This document shows, in pieces, positions 28,183 through 38,373 of a DNA stretch of 64,000 nt (its first letter is position 1; every line of letters starts with the position of its first letter). The notes under the pieces were generated by a model. It saw nothing but the letters and a program-made list of their open reading frames with translations. It was not told the DNA's origin and searched no databases. Location of the stretch: the IMG/VR virus record IMGVR_UViG_3300005532_000006, positions 26,868 through 90,867 of that record. One strand, given 5' to 3'. Origin of the DNA: a virus. Made by a program: the position numbers and the translations under genes.

Positions 28183-28560
28183 TCAGGTCACGGTGCCGAT
28201 CGGGCGCAGGAACACGGTCACGATCTGGCCGGCCTGGGTGGCGGCTTCGAGAGCGCTCGCGACGCGATGGTTGGTCGAGGTGGCGGCGATCAACCTTCCC
28301 GACGTATCGGTCATCAGCTGTGCGCCCGCCGAGAACGCGGCGCCGGCGACAGCCTTGCAGATACCGTAGAGCGCAACGTCGGCGACTTGGCCGGAGGTTG
28401 GCTTGTTCTGCAGCACGCCATAGATGTCTTCGCCGCCGGCGCTGGCCAAATTGACTTGGCGCGCGCCGGTCAGCTTGACGGCGTAGAACTGGTTGCTGGA
28501 AAGATCGGCGGCCGCAGTGGTCTGCGCGCCGTCCGCAAGGAATGGGCCTTCTGTAGCCAT
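28183..28560 (-). CDS. capsid cement/decoration protein (DUF2190-like)
   Basis: AAADL..FYAVKL..GVLQNKP..G.A.V. Confidence 0.75.
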   Translation of the reverse strand: MATEGPFLADGAQTTAAADLSSNQFYAVKLTGARQVNLASAGGEDIYGVLQNKPTSGQVADVALYGICKAVAGAAFSAGAQLMTDTSGRLIAATSTNHRVASALEAATQAGQIVTVFLRPIGTVT

Positions 28561-28658
28561 GGGGCATACTCCGTCTGTGGGACAGCCGGCGCCTCTCGGC
28601 GCGGGCGAAAAGAAGGGCGCCTGACGCTCTCCCTTCGGGTGCGGGCGATGACGGCCTC

Positions 28659-30134
28659 TTAGGCGCCGCGCTTGCCCTGCGTGGCCGCCTTGTAGGCGTA
28701 CCAGAGGTCACGGTGCTCCGGCATGGTCGCGATCTTGGCGATCGCCTTCGCCTTGCTGAGCTTCCCATCGGACTTCTGCAGTTCGGCGACGACCGCACCG
28801 ACCTTGCCGACCGGGTCATCGACCGAGACCGATCCGCGGGCACCGAACTCCTTGAACACCTCGCCGGCCTTCACCTGCGCGGCAAGCGCCTCAAGCTGCT
28901 TCTGGATTTCGGCATAGGCTTCCGGCGCGGCCTTGTGCAACGCGATCATGTGCGGCACGAGGTCATTACCGAGGCCCATGTCCGACGCGCGCTTTGCGAA
29001 TTCGGTCGCCACCGCCTCGTCAGCGAGCTTCTGCACCTGTTCGGCTGCCGCCTTGCCGGCCTCAAGCGCCTTCCGGACGCTCTCCGGCAGCGAGGCGATC
29101 CGCTTCTCGGTCTTCTCGGCGATCGGGTGCGCCTTGATGAACTCGTCCCGCTCCGACGCGGACTTGTTGACGAACGCCACCTTCTCGGTGACGGTCATGT
29201 CCTGGTCAGGATGGTTCATGTAGTCGCGATGCGCGACCGGCATTTCGAGTGACGCATGGAGCGCCTTCTCGATGCTCTCTTTCTCCCTGGCGGCCATCTC
29301 GCGGGCGGCCTTTTCGTCGTCCATATCCTTGCGGGCCTTGGCGAGTGCCGCCTCGGTCTCCGCAAGCTTCTTCTCCAGATCGGTCATGCGATCCTCCTGC
29401 TTGTGCACGGCGCCTTGCGGGTTGATCGTGTAGCCATCCGCCACTAGCGCCGCTGCGGCCATGGCCGTCTCTATGCCCTCGGGCACGATGCCCTGGACGT
29501 GTTCCTGGAATTGCCCGAACGTCTCGTCGAGCGCCGCCTGTTTGTCGGTCAGCTCGTCGTCGCACATGATCGAGTTCACCGACTCGCGCAGGGAGCCGAC
29601 CGCCTCGCAGATTTCCTGAAGCATGCCGCAGGCGTATTCCCGGGCCTCGACTGCGGCCTGGACCGTATCGAAGTCGTGACCATCCTTGGCGACACCGAAG
29701 ACGGCGAAGAATTTCTCCAGCACCGCCGGCAGCGCCCGCTTTTTGACGTTCCAATCGTCGGGCAGCATGCTGGTCGCGCCCAACGCGCGGGCCCGGGCGA
29801 TGATGTGTCGCCGGATCGCTTCGTGAGAATTGTTCCTGCCGCGGCCGACCGCGTGAATGGCTCGCTCAAGGTCCGCTCGGTTGGCGATCGGGTAGGAGCC
29901 GTCCTTCATTGCGACGCCGCTGCGGGCGTACTCGCGCCGCTGCTGTGCCGTGAAGGTGCGCTTGATGACGGGGTCTGCTTCGCCGGCCGCGTCGATCTTG
30001 GCGAGCGCGGCGTCGATCTGAATATCCATGGTTTTTTCATCCCGCTTCATCAGCACGACCTTGACGCCTTCGCCGGCCCCGCGATCGACAGACGACACCT
30101 CGGTGATTCGGAGATTGCGCAAGATCTTCGCCAT
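28659..30134 (-). CDS. capsid scaffolding protein with protease-type N-terminal strand
   Basis: LRNLRITEVSSVDRGAG N-terminus; AMKDGSYPIANRADLERAI insert; coiled-coil C-terminus. Confidence 0.7.
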   Translation of the reverse strand: MAKILRNLRITEVSSVDRGAGEGVKVVLMKRDEKTMDIQIDAALAKIDAAGEADPVIKRTFTAQQRREYARSGVAMKDGSYPIANRADLERAIHAVGRGRNNSHEAIRRHIIARARALGATSMLPDDWNVKKRALPAVLEKFFAVFGVAKDGHDFDTVQAAVEAREYACGMLQEICEAVGSLRESVNSIMCDDELTDKQAALDETFGQFQEHVQGIVPEGIETAMAAAALVADGYTINPQGAVHKQEDRMTDLEKKLAETEAALAKARKDMDDEKAAREMAAREKESIEKALHASLEMPVAHRDYMNHPDQDMTVTEKVAFVNKSASERDEFIKAHPIAEKTEKRIASLPESVRKALEAGKAAAEQVQKLADEAVATEFAKRASDMGLGNDLVPHMIALHKAAPEAYAEIQKQLEALAAQVKAGEVFKEFGARGSVSVDDPVGKVGAVVAELQKSDGKLSKAKAIAKIATMPEHRDLWYAYKAATQGKRGA

Positions 30135-30171
30135 CGCGATCACCCGGAAAAGGTTGTTCTGGACGTGAAGA

Positions 30172-30501
30172 TCAGTCGGCCGCGGCCGGCTCGATCGTCT
30201 TTGCCTCTGCCTTTGCAGCGGCCTTCTTCGGTGCCGCCGCAGCTGCGCGCGCATCAAGCCATTGACCCAGTTCGTCGCCGAAGCGCGCCAAGAGCGCACC
30301 CATCAGGCTGTAGCCGGTCACCTTCTTCCCGGCCGGGTCAACATCCGGAAGCGGTGGCGAGAAGGACAACCCGTTGCCGTCGGGGTAGGCCGCGACGAAC
30401 TCGCCGGTGACGACGTATCCCGGCGTCAGGTTGGTCGGGTTCTGCTCCGCCTGGTGGCGGACGATGCGTCCGTCCGGGGTCTGTATCTCAAAAAACCGCA
30501 T
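30172..30501 (-). CDS. hypothetical protein
   Basis: AAGGAG RBS; 109 aa. Confidence 0.65.
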   Translation of the reverse strand: MRFFEIQTPDGRIVRHQAEQNPTNLTPGYVVTGEFVAAYPDGNGLSFSPPLPDVDPAGKKVTGYSLMGALLARFGDELGQWLDARAAAAAPKKAAAKAEAKTIEPAAAD

Positions 30502-30516
30502 GATGGTCTCCTTGCA

Positions 30517-31110
30517 TTACCGCGGCTCATTGCGCAGCGCGTGATGGCGCAGCGCCTCGCGGATCGCGTCCTCGACTTCGCCGACCGGGATCTTCCGATT
30601 GCCGACAACAGCGGTGTCGTCAGACAGAAAAATCACCTCGATGCCGGCGCCCCAGGCTTCCTTGACCACCTGGTCAAAGAGGCGCGGAATGCCGATCGGC
30701 CTGGCTGCCTGTTTCAGGTCCTCGTCGAGCTCGTCGTTCGGCGGCAAGCCGTCATCTGCTGCGGTGGATTGCGGCCCGCTTGCTTTTCGGCCCTGCCGCT
30801 GGGATTTCGGTAGCCGCGCCAGGATCGCGCCGCCATCGGCCCGCCAGACCAGCGGCAAGTTCCGACACGGCGGCGGCGCATTGTCGAACAGCGCCAAAGG
30901 AACTGTGACGGCGGTGGGGGTTGGATTGCCGATCGTGCCGTCCCGACTGAAACGAACCCAACCTGCGTGCTCACCATCGCCGAGCTGCACTCTTATCCCC
31001 CCGGCACCAGCCAATGGAGGCGTACAATCCGATCCGATGCGGAATCGGGCCGTCTTCGGGGCGACCGTGAGCGTCACGCCATCGGCGCTGGGCAGATCCT
31101 GCCAGCTCAT
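30517..31110 (-). CDS. hypothetical protein
   Basis: 197 aa ORF filling the gap in the head operon. Confidence 0.5.
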   Translation of the reverse strand: MSWQDLPSADGVTLTVAPKTARFRIGSDCTPPLAGAGGIRVQLGDGEHAGWVRFSRDGTIGNPTPTAVTVPLALFDNAPPPCRNLPLVWRADGGAILARLPKSQRQGRKASGPQSTAADDGLPPNDELDEDLKQAARPIGIPRLFDQVVKEAWGAGIEVIFLSDDTAVVGNRKIPVGEVEDAIREALRHHALRNEPR

Positions 31111-31139
31111 TTCGTTTCCATTCGAGTTGCTTGCGGTGC

Positions 31140-32255
31140 TCAGGCTTCCTGCGAAACGGCCATGCCGCCAATCGAGAACTCAGGGCGCTCGCCTTGCTTG
31201 TGGGCGGCCCAGACGCCGGGGTCATCGACCTTGAAGCCGATCCACCAGCCTTCGATCTGGCGGCCCGCCTCGTCTTTCACGACGATGCCGAGAGCGTCCT
31301 GCTTTTCCTTCGTAAAGACCATCGACTCGATCATGCGGCCGACGCCCACCTTCTCGTGCATGTCGCCCTGAGCGCGGCTGTACAGCACGAACTCGTAGGC
31401 CGCCTTTTCAAGCTCGGCCGGTTCGATCACGTCCTGCTGCTTGTCGACCACAAGCTCGCCGTTCTTGGTGACGACCGAGGCCCAACCGAAGATCAGCTGC
31501 TGCTCCGGCTCGGCCTTCCGCACCTCGAACGGAAGGCGCCAACCCGCATCGCGCTTCACCGCGTTGTTCATGGGGGTCAGGTCGAGGTAGTGCACCTCGG
31601 CCGCGTCATGCCCATCGACGTAGTCCGCCGCCAGACGATGATGCCCATCGGCGATATAGTCTCGGTCGTTCCAGCGGATGACCATTGGCTTGGTCTTGCC
31701 CCGCATGGCGCCGCGGCGCATGCGCTCGACCTTTTCGGGATCGACCCGGTTCTGGATCGCGTGGAGCGACTTCAGGTCTACGTGACGCGTCGGGTGCGCG
31801 CCGGGGTTCGTGACAGCGCCAAGGAAGCGCGGAATCTGGTCATGCCGCAGCGAGCCGAGCGCGTTTGCATCGTACGGGAAGGGCGTATGCGCCATCCCGT
31901 CTTCGAAGGGCTTGAGCGCGCGGTCTGCCGCCTTTGCGGTCTTTGCCTGCCAATGCCGGCAATGGCCGTCGGGCCTGATCAAGCCCATAACCAACGTGCA
32001 GCGGCCGGGTGCGCGGAACATTGAGCATGCGGAACACTGATGGCCGCCTACTGGATGCTCCACGTAGCCGGCGTGCTCTTTCGTCTCGGTAGCGAGCTTT
32101 TGCGTCACCTCAGTCGGCTCGTTCGAACCGCCGGTGATGGCGCTGAACAGCCGATAACGGCGGCGCCGGGTGCTGTTGCCGACGGCCGTCGTGGCATGGA
32201 CATCGCCGACCGTGGGCGCATCCTTCCGGATCTCGTTGAAGAGGCGAGCCTTCAT
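31140..32255 (-). CDS. XkdF-like prohead protease fused to HiPIP-like and ParB-like domains
   Basis: C-terminal QQLIFGWASV..VDKQQD..ELEKAAYEF..DMH..GWWIGFKV..FSIGG; CxxC-x8-C-x12-CxxW; IADGHHRLAA. Confidence 0.8.
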   Translation of the reverse strand: MKARLFNEIRKDAPTVGDVHATTAVGNSTRRRRYRLFSAITGGSNEPTEVTQKLATETKEHAGYVEHPVGGHQCSACSMFRAPGRCTLVMGLIRPDGHCRHWQAKTAKAADRALKPFEDGMAHTPFPYDANALGSLRHDQIPRFLGAVTNPGAHPTRHVDLKSLHAIQNRVDPEKVERMRRGAMRGKTKPMVIRWNDRDYIADGHHRLAADYVDGHDAAEVHYLDLTPMNNAVKRDAGWRLPFEVRKAEPEQQLIFGWASVVTKNGELVVDKQQDVIEPAELEKAAYEFVLYSRAQGDMHEKVGVGRMIESMVFTKEKQDALGIVVKDEAGRQIEGWWIGFKVDDPGVWAAHKQGERPEFSIGGMAVSQEA

Positions 32256-32342
32256 GCTTGAGCCTCTCCCAACATCTCGTCAGCCCCTCCGGCCGTAGCA
32301 TCTCGGCTTTGGCGGGGCGGGAAATCGCCCCCAAGCCGGTTG

Positions 32343-32618
32343 TCAGCCGATCGGTCGCAGCTTGTTCAAGGTCTCCGGGCCGGCCGCCACGAGTGCCGCT
32401 TTGCGAGCCTGCGGCACGCCAGCGTGCAGTACAGCCAGATTGTCGGGCCTCACCTCGAGGCGGAACGGAAGATCGCTGGGCACATCTTCAACGCGGATCG
32501 ATACCGCTCCTCCCGCAGCCATCACCAAGCGATGAAGCAGCGCCGCCATGATGTTTTCGGCGGTGATCTGCTGTTGCGCCGTCACCGGCGTGCGCTTATC
32601 GCGATCAGGCAGAATCAC
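32343..32618 (-). CDS. hypothetical protein
   Basis: GTGA overlap with the upstream gene. Confidence 0.55.
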   Translation of the reverse strand: MILPDRDKRTPVTAQQQITAENIMAALLHRLVMAAGGAVSIRVEDVPSDLPFRLEVRPDNLAVLHAGVPQARKAALVAAGPETLNKLRPIG

Positions 32619-33169
32619 TTGGCGGCTCCACGCGTCATCGCTGCCGCATAGGCCATTCTGGCTCGGTCCACCGCCGGATCTTCGTCGCCCTGCAGGGCGG
32701 GGTGGCGCAGGAGGTTGCCTAGAGCCTCGGCCGCGTCGAGATAGGCCGGGAGGCTCTCAATCGCCGACCGGGCGCGCCTTGCCTTGTCGCTGCCGTCAAG
32801 TGCGGCGATTGCTGTCGTCTCGTCGCGATAGCCGATCACCAAGACCGGTCCGTTCGGCTCGCCGTTGAACTCTTCGATGCGCCAACTCGATTTTTCGGCC
32901 GTGGTCAGTGTGGCGCGGGTGACATAGACCGGCTCGGACAGGACGATCGGGAGGTTCTCCTCGCCACCGATCCGGCGCCAATGGAAGCCGCCGAAGCCGC
33001 CGCCGAGGATGATCTCGCCGATGATATGCCGCGGATCGGCCAAGCCGGTGTTGCCCAGCTCGCGCTGCTCGGCCGCCAGCGCCGAAGCGGTCGTGTCGTA
33101 GACCTGGGTTCCGCCGTCTTCCGAGTTCACCGTGACGGTGATGTCCATATCGGGCTGCTCGCCGGTCAT
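32615..33169 (-). CDS. hypothetical protein
   Basis: ATGA overlap with portal; 184 aa. Confidence 0.6.
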   Translation of the reverse strand: MTGEQPDMDITVTVNSEDGGTQVYDTTASALAAEQRELGNTGLADPRHIIGEIILGGGFGGFHWRRIGGEENLPIVLSEPVYVTRATLTTAEKSSWRIEEFNGEPNGPVLVIGYRDETTAIAALDGSDKARRARSAIESLPAYLDAAEALGNLLRHPALQGDEDPAVDRARMAYAAAMTRGAAK

Positions 33170-34725
33170 GTCACGGTCACCGAGGCGATCGGCTTGCGCC
33201 CTTTTCGCTTGCGTTGCGCCTCTCGCAGCGCCATGCGGACCAGTGCTTTTGCGGTGTTGCGCGCCGGCGAGTCATCGGCGGGATCGTCATCGTCGGTCAG
33301 GCCGCTGGCGCCGTTGCCGTCGCCCCGCCGCGCCTCCCCTTCGCGATCCGCGGCGTCGCGCTCGGCGCCCAGTTCGTCCTCCTCTTCGGAGACTTCCGGG
33401 AGTCCTGCGGCGCCGCGAAGGTACTGCCGCGTCTCGGGGTCGTCGAAGAGGTGCACGCCCGCCCTTGATAGGTTGAGAACAAAATTGCCGATCGCGTCGA
33501 TGTCGATCCGATCCGGCATGTCCGGGCTGATTTGCGGCAGCAGGTCGGGATCGAAGCGGTTCAGCTCCCAAAGCCGCGGCAGACCGTGCTGGTTGAGCAC
33601 TGCCGCCATGCTGTCGAGCCAGCCCTCGATGCCGGCGTAAAACATGTCGACCTTGGAGATCGCGAGATTTTGCGTTCCCCGCGCTTGGTGGCCGAGATCG
33701 ATGAAGTCGGCCAGCACCGTCTTCAGGATGTTGAGACTGTGCCGGGTGACGATCTCGTGCGACCGCACGCCTGACTGCGTTCCTTGCGGCGTCAGCAGTT
33801 CAAGCGTGTACCGCGGCACGTTGCTGGGTCCGTCCGCCCCCTCGTACGTGTCGGAGGGCATCATGACGCCCATCTGCTCGTCGACCCGGATGTTGGTCAC
33901 GAGCTTTTTATAGGCGGCCACCTGCGCCGTGGCGGTAGCGTCACCGGTCGCGGCCGCCTCAAGGAGGGCGCTCGGCACCTTGACCACCGGGAGGCCGGCG
34001 AAACGCTCCATCAGGATCGCCTCCATCTCCTCCATGCGCTTTACCAGGTAGTAGCTGCGATACGCAGTCCTGAGAATGCTACGCCCTTCAGGGTTGTTCT
34101 TGTGGCTCGACGGCCGGAACAGCAGGAACTTCTCGATCGGCAAATCGATCAGCCGCCCCACCCACGGCTGTTGCGTCACGCCCTTTATTTGGCCGTTGGC
34201 ATCGAAGAACCACTTGAGGATCGTGTCCTGGGAGCGGATCGGCAAGCGGCGCCAGCCGATCTTGCCGTCGTTGTATTTGCTCGACGCATCGGCACCGTCC
34301 TTCGGCTTGCGGCCGAGGCGGCGTTTGTAGACGACCTCGTTTATGGCGTAGCCGTAGCCGAGCATCGACAGCGCCTCGACGACGAAGCCGGGCCACGTGT
34401 GCGACATGTCGTCCATCAGGCCATGGACAAACTCGGCCGCCTCTTCCGCTTCCGGTGTGTCGGCCGCAGGAATGACCCGCCAGTCGACCCTGCGCATCGT
34501 CTGCATGATCGCGAACATCACCGCGCCCACGGTGGCGGAGTTGTCCATCATCTCGCGATAGGCGCGGGCGGCGAGCCGGCCTTGCAGGTCGGGAAGAAAT
34601 TCCTCGCGGACCCAACCGGAAAACTGCCGCAGACCGTAGGAGCCGACGTCCTTGAACGTCATTCCATGGTCGAATACCGGCAGCTGCCAGCCGCCCGACC
34701 CATCCGTGTACGGATCAGTCGCCAT
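33166..34725 (-). CDS. portal protein (DUF935 / Mu gp29-like)
   Basis: YREMMDN, GYAINEVVYK, NNPEGRSILR, ERFAGLPV. Confidence 0.9.
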   Translation of the reverse strand: MATDPYTDGSGGWQLPVFDHGMTFKDVGSYGLRQFSGWVREEFLPDLQGRLAARAYREMMDNSATVGAVMFAIMQTMRRVDWRVIPAADTPEAEEAAEFVHGLMDDMSHTWPGFVVEALSMLGYGYAINEVVYKRRLGRKPKDGADASSKYNDGKIGWRRLPIRSQDTILKWFFDANGQIKGVTQQPWVGRLIDLPIEKFLLFRPSSHKNNPEGRSILRTAYRSYYLVKRMEEMEAILMERFAGLPVVKVPSALLEAAATGDATATAQVAAYKKLVTNIRVDEQMGVMMPSDTYEGADGPSNVPRYTLELLTPQGTQSGVRSHEIVTRHSLNILKTVLADFIDLGHQARGTQNLAISKVDMFYAGIEGWLDSMAAVLNQHGLPRLWELNRFDPDLLPQISPDMPDRIDIDAIGNFVLNLSRAGVHLFDDPETRQYLRGAAGLPEVSEEEDELGAERDAADREGEARRGDGNGASGLTDDDDPADDSPARNTAKALVRMALREAQRKRKGRKPIASVTVT

Positions 34726-34745
34726 GCCAGCCTCTGCCTATCCGG

Positions 34746-36113
34746 TCATCGCCGCGGCGCCGTCATCACGATCGGTATCGCGCGGCCATGATCCTGCTGC
34801 GGCCCCAGGGCGAGGTCGGTCAACGCCCAGATCAGCGCGTCCGCTCGGTTGGGTGACCGCGCGCCCTGGTAGCCGAACACCGAGAAATTGAGCAGTTCGT
34901 CTTCGAGCTCGGGGAACTGGCCGGCATGCCGCACCTTGTCGCCGATCCAGGCGCCGTCCTGCTCGTGACCGTAAAGAGCCGAAACCGGCTCGGCGCGTGC
35001 CGCCTTGCCGCGCGACGCCGTGACCACCTTTACGGGGATCGCGGCGTTGGCGGCCTTGATGACAAACCGGACCATCGCCCCGCCGAAGTTCGTCTCGGCG
35101 ACGACGCGATCCGCCTTCCACTTGTCGAACATGAACGCAACCCGCCGGCCCCAGCCTTCCGGGGGAAGATTGCAGGTCGCGTCCTCCAGCAGATATGCCG
35201 TGCCGTCCATCGCGAGGCCGGCCGCGACGATGCCGACGGCGTCGGATCGGGTTTCCTCGTTGCCTTCGGTCCCGGAGGGATCGACCGCGATGATGACCCG
35301 GCGCAATGTGGTTGGCACGTCGGCACTATCGCAGCGCGCATGCTCCAGCGTTTCCACTGTCCATAACGCGCCGTCGATGTCGGAGACGTATTGCCCGAGA
35401 AAGAACCGCTTGCGTTGCCGCTCCGGCAGGCTGCGATACACCCGGAGGGTTTGTTCCGGCAGGTTGTCGGCGTTGTCTTCGGGGTTAATCGTGCCGTACC
35501 GGTAGAGTGCCCTGTCGGCTTCCGACAATCGGGTTCGGCTGATCGGGTCGATCCCGTCGATCCATAGCTGATATGTCCAGTGGCGCGTGCCGGCCGGGTT
35601 CAGGTCGTAATATGCGCGCAGCGGCAGTCCGATGTTCTGCGCCAGACGGGTCTGGGCCACGAGCACCGAGCTGTACGGTATCTGCGAGCACTCGTTGAAG
35701 TAGATGCCGGCAAATTCCTGACCGAGGATTTTCTCGACTCGGTCCTTCTCGTCGAGACCGCCGAACCAGATTTGCGACCCGTTGTCGATCTCGACAAAGC
35801 CGTCTTGACGATGATCCCTGATCTCCAGATCGGGAAAGCACAACCTGGTCACCTTCGGCAGCGTGTCTAACCATATCGAAGACCGAACCGCATTGCCGCG
35901 CAACCTGACGATGGCGTGCCGCGATCCCGCGGCTCGAACCGCGCGGATCAGGATCGACCGCACGATTAGGAAGGTTTTCCCGGATCGGCCGCCGCCGTAG
36001 ATCAGCGTGTGAAGTTGCGGTCCGCTGAGAAGATTGCGCAGCTCGCGCTGCTTTTGGGTCAGCCTAAAGGTCGGCGTCTTCGGGGCTGATGCGGATGACG
36101 ATCGGCCGGCCAT
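34746..36113 (-). CDS. terL: terminase large subunit
   Basis: Walker A YGGGRSGKT, YFNEC, DLNP; nuclease IAVDP..SPNRADA. Confidence 0.95.
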   Translation of the reverse strand: MAGRSSSASAPKTPTFRLTQKQRELRNLLSGPQLHTLIYGGGRSGKTFLIVRSILIRAVRAAGSRHAIVRLRGNAVRSSIWLDTLPKVTRLCFPDLEIRDHRQDGFVEIDNGSQIWFGGLDEKDRVEKILGQEFAGIYFNECSQIPYSSVLVAQTRLAQNIGLPLRAYYDLNPAGTRHWTYQLWIDGIDPISRTRLSEADRALYRYGTINPEDNADNLPEQTLRVYRSLPERQRKRFFLGQYVSDIDGALWTVETLEHARCDSADVPTTLRRVIIAVDPSGTEGNEETRSDAVGIVAAGLAMDGTAYLLEDATCNLPPEGWGRRVAFMFDKWKADRVVAETNFGGAMVRFVIKAANAAIPVKVVTASRGKAARAEPVSALYGHEQDGAWIGDKVRHAGQFPELEDELLNFSVFGYQGARSPNRADALIWALTDLALGPQQDHGRAIPIVMTAPRR

Positions 36114-36417
36114 CCTTGCCCGTGTGTTCGTTGAGGGTGGTTTCCTTCCAGCCGGCGCGGGTCTTGAGCCAGAATATCTGCGCCGTCACCCGCGCCCGCG
36201 GATCCTTGCCTGCCGTCGCCTCCTGATAGAGACCCTCGGCAACTTTGGCCGTCGCTACCGTGGTGCCGGTGTCGAGCTCGTCGCGGCACGCGCTGCGCAA
36301 TGTCTTCGGTGCGACGCCGAGCACGCGCGCGATATCGTCTTGCGGGATGCCGTAAGCCGCCATCGCCTGCACCTGCCGGCGCTCGGCGGCGTCCGGCACC
36401 CATTTCTGCCGCGCCAT
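36064..36417 (-). CDS. terS: terminase small subunit
   Basis: HTH GIPQDDIARVLGVAPKTLR; AQIFWLKTRAGWKE..EHTGKDGRPI. Confidence 0.85.
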   Translation of the reverse strand: MARQKWVPDAAERRQVQAMAAYGIPQDDIARVLGVAPKTLRSACRDELDTGTTVATAKVAEGLYQEATAGKDPRARVTAQIFWLKTRAGWKETTLNEHTGKDGRPIVIRISPEDADL

Positions 36418-36539
36418 CCCGTGCTCCCGCGCCCTTGCAACCCTCGTGCGGGGCGCCGCGCCGAAGCTCTGCGTCCCTCGCAATGCGGCTCCAGGACCGC
36501 CCTAGAGCTTCGATCCTTGCTTTGGCGCGATGGCGAGCT

Positions 36540-37088
36540 TCACGCGATCGATCCCCGGCACGTGCGGCCCTCGGCCTGCAGGCGTTGGATCAAATCGACC
36601 TGATCGGCCTCGCTGGCACAGTCGACCACGACGACGTAGCCCTCGGGCGTGGCGTCTACCGCGGCGTCGCCGCCGGCGCCGAGGCCGCCGAGGCCGTTCA
36701 ATTCGGTCGCAGAGAAACCCGTGAGGGAGAGATCGAAGCCGTCCTCGCCGAGCCGCCCGAGTTCGATCGCCAGAAGCTCGTCGTTCCAGCTTGCGTTCAG
36801 CGCCAGCTTGTTGTCGGCGATGACGTAGGCTCGCCGTTGCGCCTCTGTCAGATACTTGAGTTCGATCGTCGGGACTTCCTCGATCCCGATCTTCTGCGCC
36901 GCCAGCACACGACCGTGACCGGCGATGATGCCGCCGTCTGCATCGACGAGGACCGGATTGGTAAATCCGAACTCCTTTATCGACGCGGCGATCTGGCCGA
37001 TCTGGGCGGGGCTGTGCTCGCGGCTATTGTTCGCGTAGGGGATCAGCGATGCGACGGCGCGCATCACGATCTTGTCGGCGATGTTCAT
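36540..37088 (-). CDS. ParB/Srx N-terminal domain protein
   Basis: LIPYANNSREH..SIKEFGFTNP..IIAGHGR..IADNK; no methylase domain attached. Confidence 0.85.
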   Translation of the reverse strand: MNIADKIVMRAVASLIPYANNSREHSPAQIGQIAASIKEFGFTNPVLVDADGGIIAGHGRVLAAQKIGIEEVPTIELKYLTEAQRRAYVIADNKLALNASWNDELLAIELGRLGEDGFDLSLTGFSATELNGLGGLGAGGDAAVDATPEGYVVVVDCASEADQVDLIQRLQAEGRTCRGSIA

Positions 37089-37331
37089 CCTGCCGCAGGC
37101 CCTGTTTTATAGCCGGTAGATTTGCGAAAGATCAGCAGTTGCCGGCGAACTCGCCGTGCAATTCCGGCCGGATCAGTTCATTGATCAGCGCCAGCGCGGC
37201 GTTGCCGCCGTCGGCGACGCTCAGGATGCGCTCGGCCTTGTCGGTGACGAGATGGACGCCCAGGGCGCAGGCGTTCCAGCCGAGATATTTAGGATACTCC
37301 GCGATCCCCGAGGCGCGCTGTCCGTCCACGC

Positions 37332-37559
37332 TCAATCCCCCGCGCACGTCTTCCGCAGCCGCCGCTGCCTCAGCATTGAAGCGAGCCGCTCGATGCTCGC
37401 CCCGAGATCGGGGCAGCCGGCCTCGCGCAGGATTTCGTCGGCGATAATGCGCTGGTGGCGCGGGTCGCCGGCGCACACGCGGTGCGCCTTTTCGGCCGCG
37501 AGCATGCCGGCCAGGTCGGCGAGGTCGGTCGCCGGACCCGCCCTGACGAACGCTGCCAT
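37332..37559 (-). CDS. hypothetical protein
   Basis: 75 aa, GAGGG RBS. Confidence 0.45.
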   Translation of the reverse strand: MAAFVRAGPATDLADLAGMLAAEKAHRVCAGDPRHQRIIADEILREAGCPDLGASIERLASMLRQRRLRKTCAGD

Positions 37560-37602
37560 GCGGCTTTCCCCTCTGGCGGTTCGAGATGCCCGTAACGCGG
37601 CG

Positions 37603-37818
37603 TCAAGCGCTGCGCTGATCGTAGGCGTCGAGGTGGCGCGACACGATCCCGGCCCATGGCTCGCGCATCGCTTCCAGCCGCACGAGATGGGCGGGAGAGA
37701 TCGTGCCGCCGCTCAGCTGGTGGCGGCGGATGATGTCCTCGATCAGTTCGTCGACGAGCTGCGCCGACGTGGCGGCTTTGGCGACGGGCCGCGTGAGGCT
37801 CGCCGGCAGCGCTTTCAT
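37603..37818 (-). CDS. hypothetical protein
   Basis: ATGA coupling; MKALPASL.. Confidence 0.45.
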   Translation of the reverse strand: MKALPASLTRPVAKAATSAQLVDELIEDIIRRHQLSGGTISPAHLVRLEAMREPWAGIVSRHLDAYDQRSA

Positions 37819-38062
37819 GGTTGCGGCCCCCTGCGCTGCGCGGCTAGGCGCGCGCGACTTCTGGCTCGGCGCCGCCCTCGCCGCAGGCTTCGACGAAGGC
37901 GCGTCTGGCGCGCTCGACCTCCGCATGGGAAGCGGCGGTATCCTCTTCGCGGCAGCGCAGGATCGCCAGGCGCAGCCGTTCCCACGCCTCGTTTTCGCTG
38001 AGTTCCATGCCGAACCTCGCGCTGCTTCCCCGCGCTTTGCACGCGAACGACAGCGCGGCCGA

Positions 38063-38248
38063 TCACTCCCGCCGCGGCTCGACCTCGGCGGCGGCGTTCT
38101 TGATGTAGCGGACATCGCCGAAGGCGCCGACGATGTAGGCTGGGCGATCCGGGTGTGTGACGAGGTATTCGCCGCCGGAGAGCGCCAGCACGTGGCTGCC
38201 GGCCGGCGCGGCGCGCACGACCTCCGACCGACTCGGCATCGCGTTCAT
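38063..38248 (-). CDS. hypothetical protein
   Basis: 61 aa; coupled on both sides. Confidence 0.5.
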   Translation of the reverse strand: MNAMPSRSEVVRAAPAGSHVLALSGGEYLVTHPDRPAYIVGAFGDVRYIKNAAAEVEPRRE

Positions 38249-38373
38249 CGGCGCTTCTCCGGCAGGTTGATCAGCGTCAGCGCGACGATGCAGGCGAGCA
38301 GCGCCAGCATCAGCATGCCGATCGCGATGCCGACATGCGGCTCGAACACGATTCGCGGCATGTCATCGCTCAT
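38245..38373 (-). CDS. small membrane protein (42 aa)
   Basis: single TM helix; ATGA overlaps on both sides. Confidence 0.45.
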   Translation of the reverse strand: MSDDMPRIVFEPHVGIAIGMLMLALLACIVALTLINLPEKRR

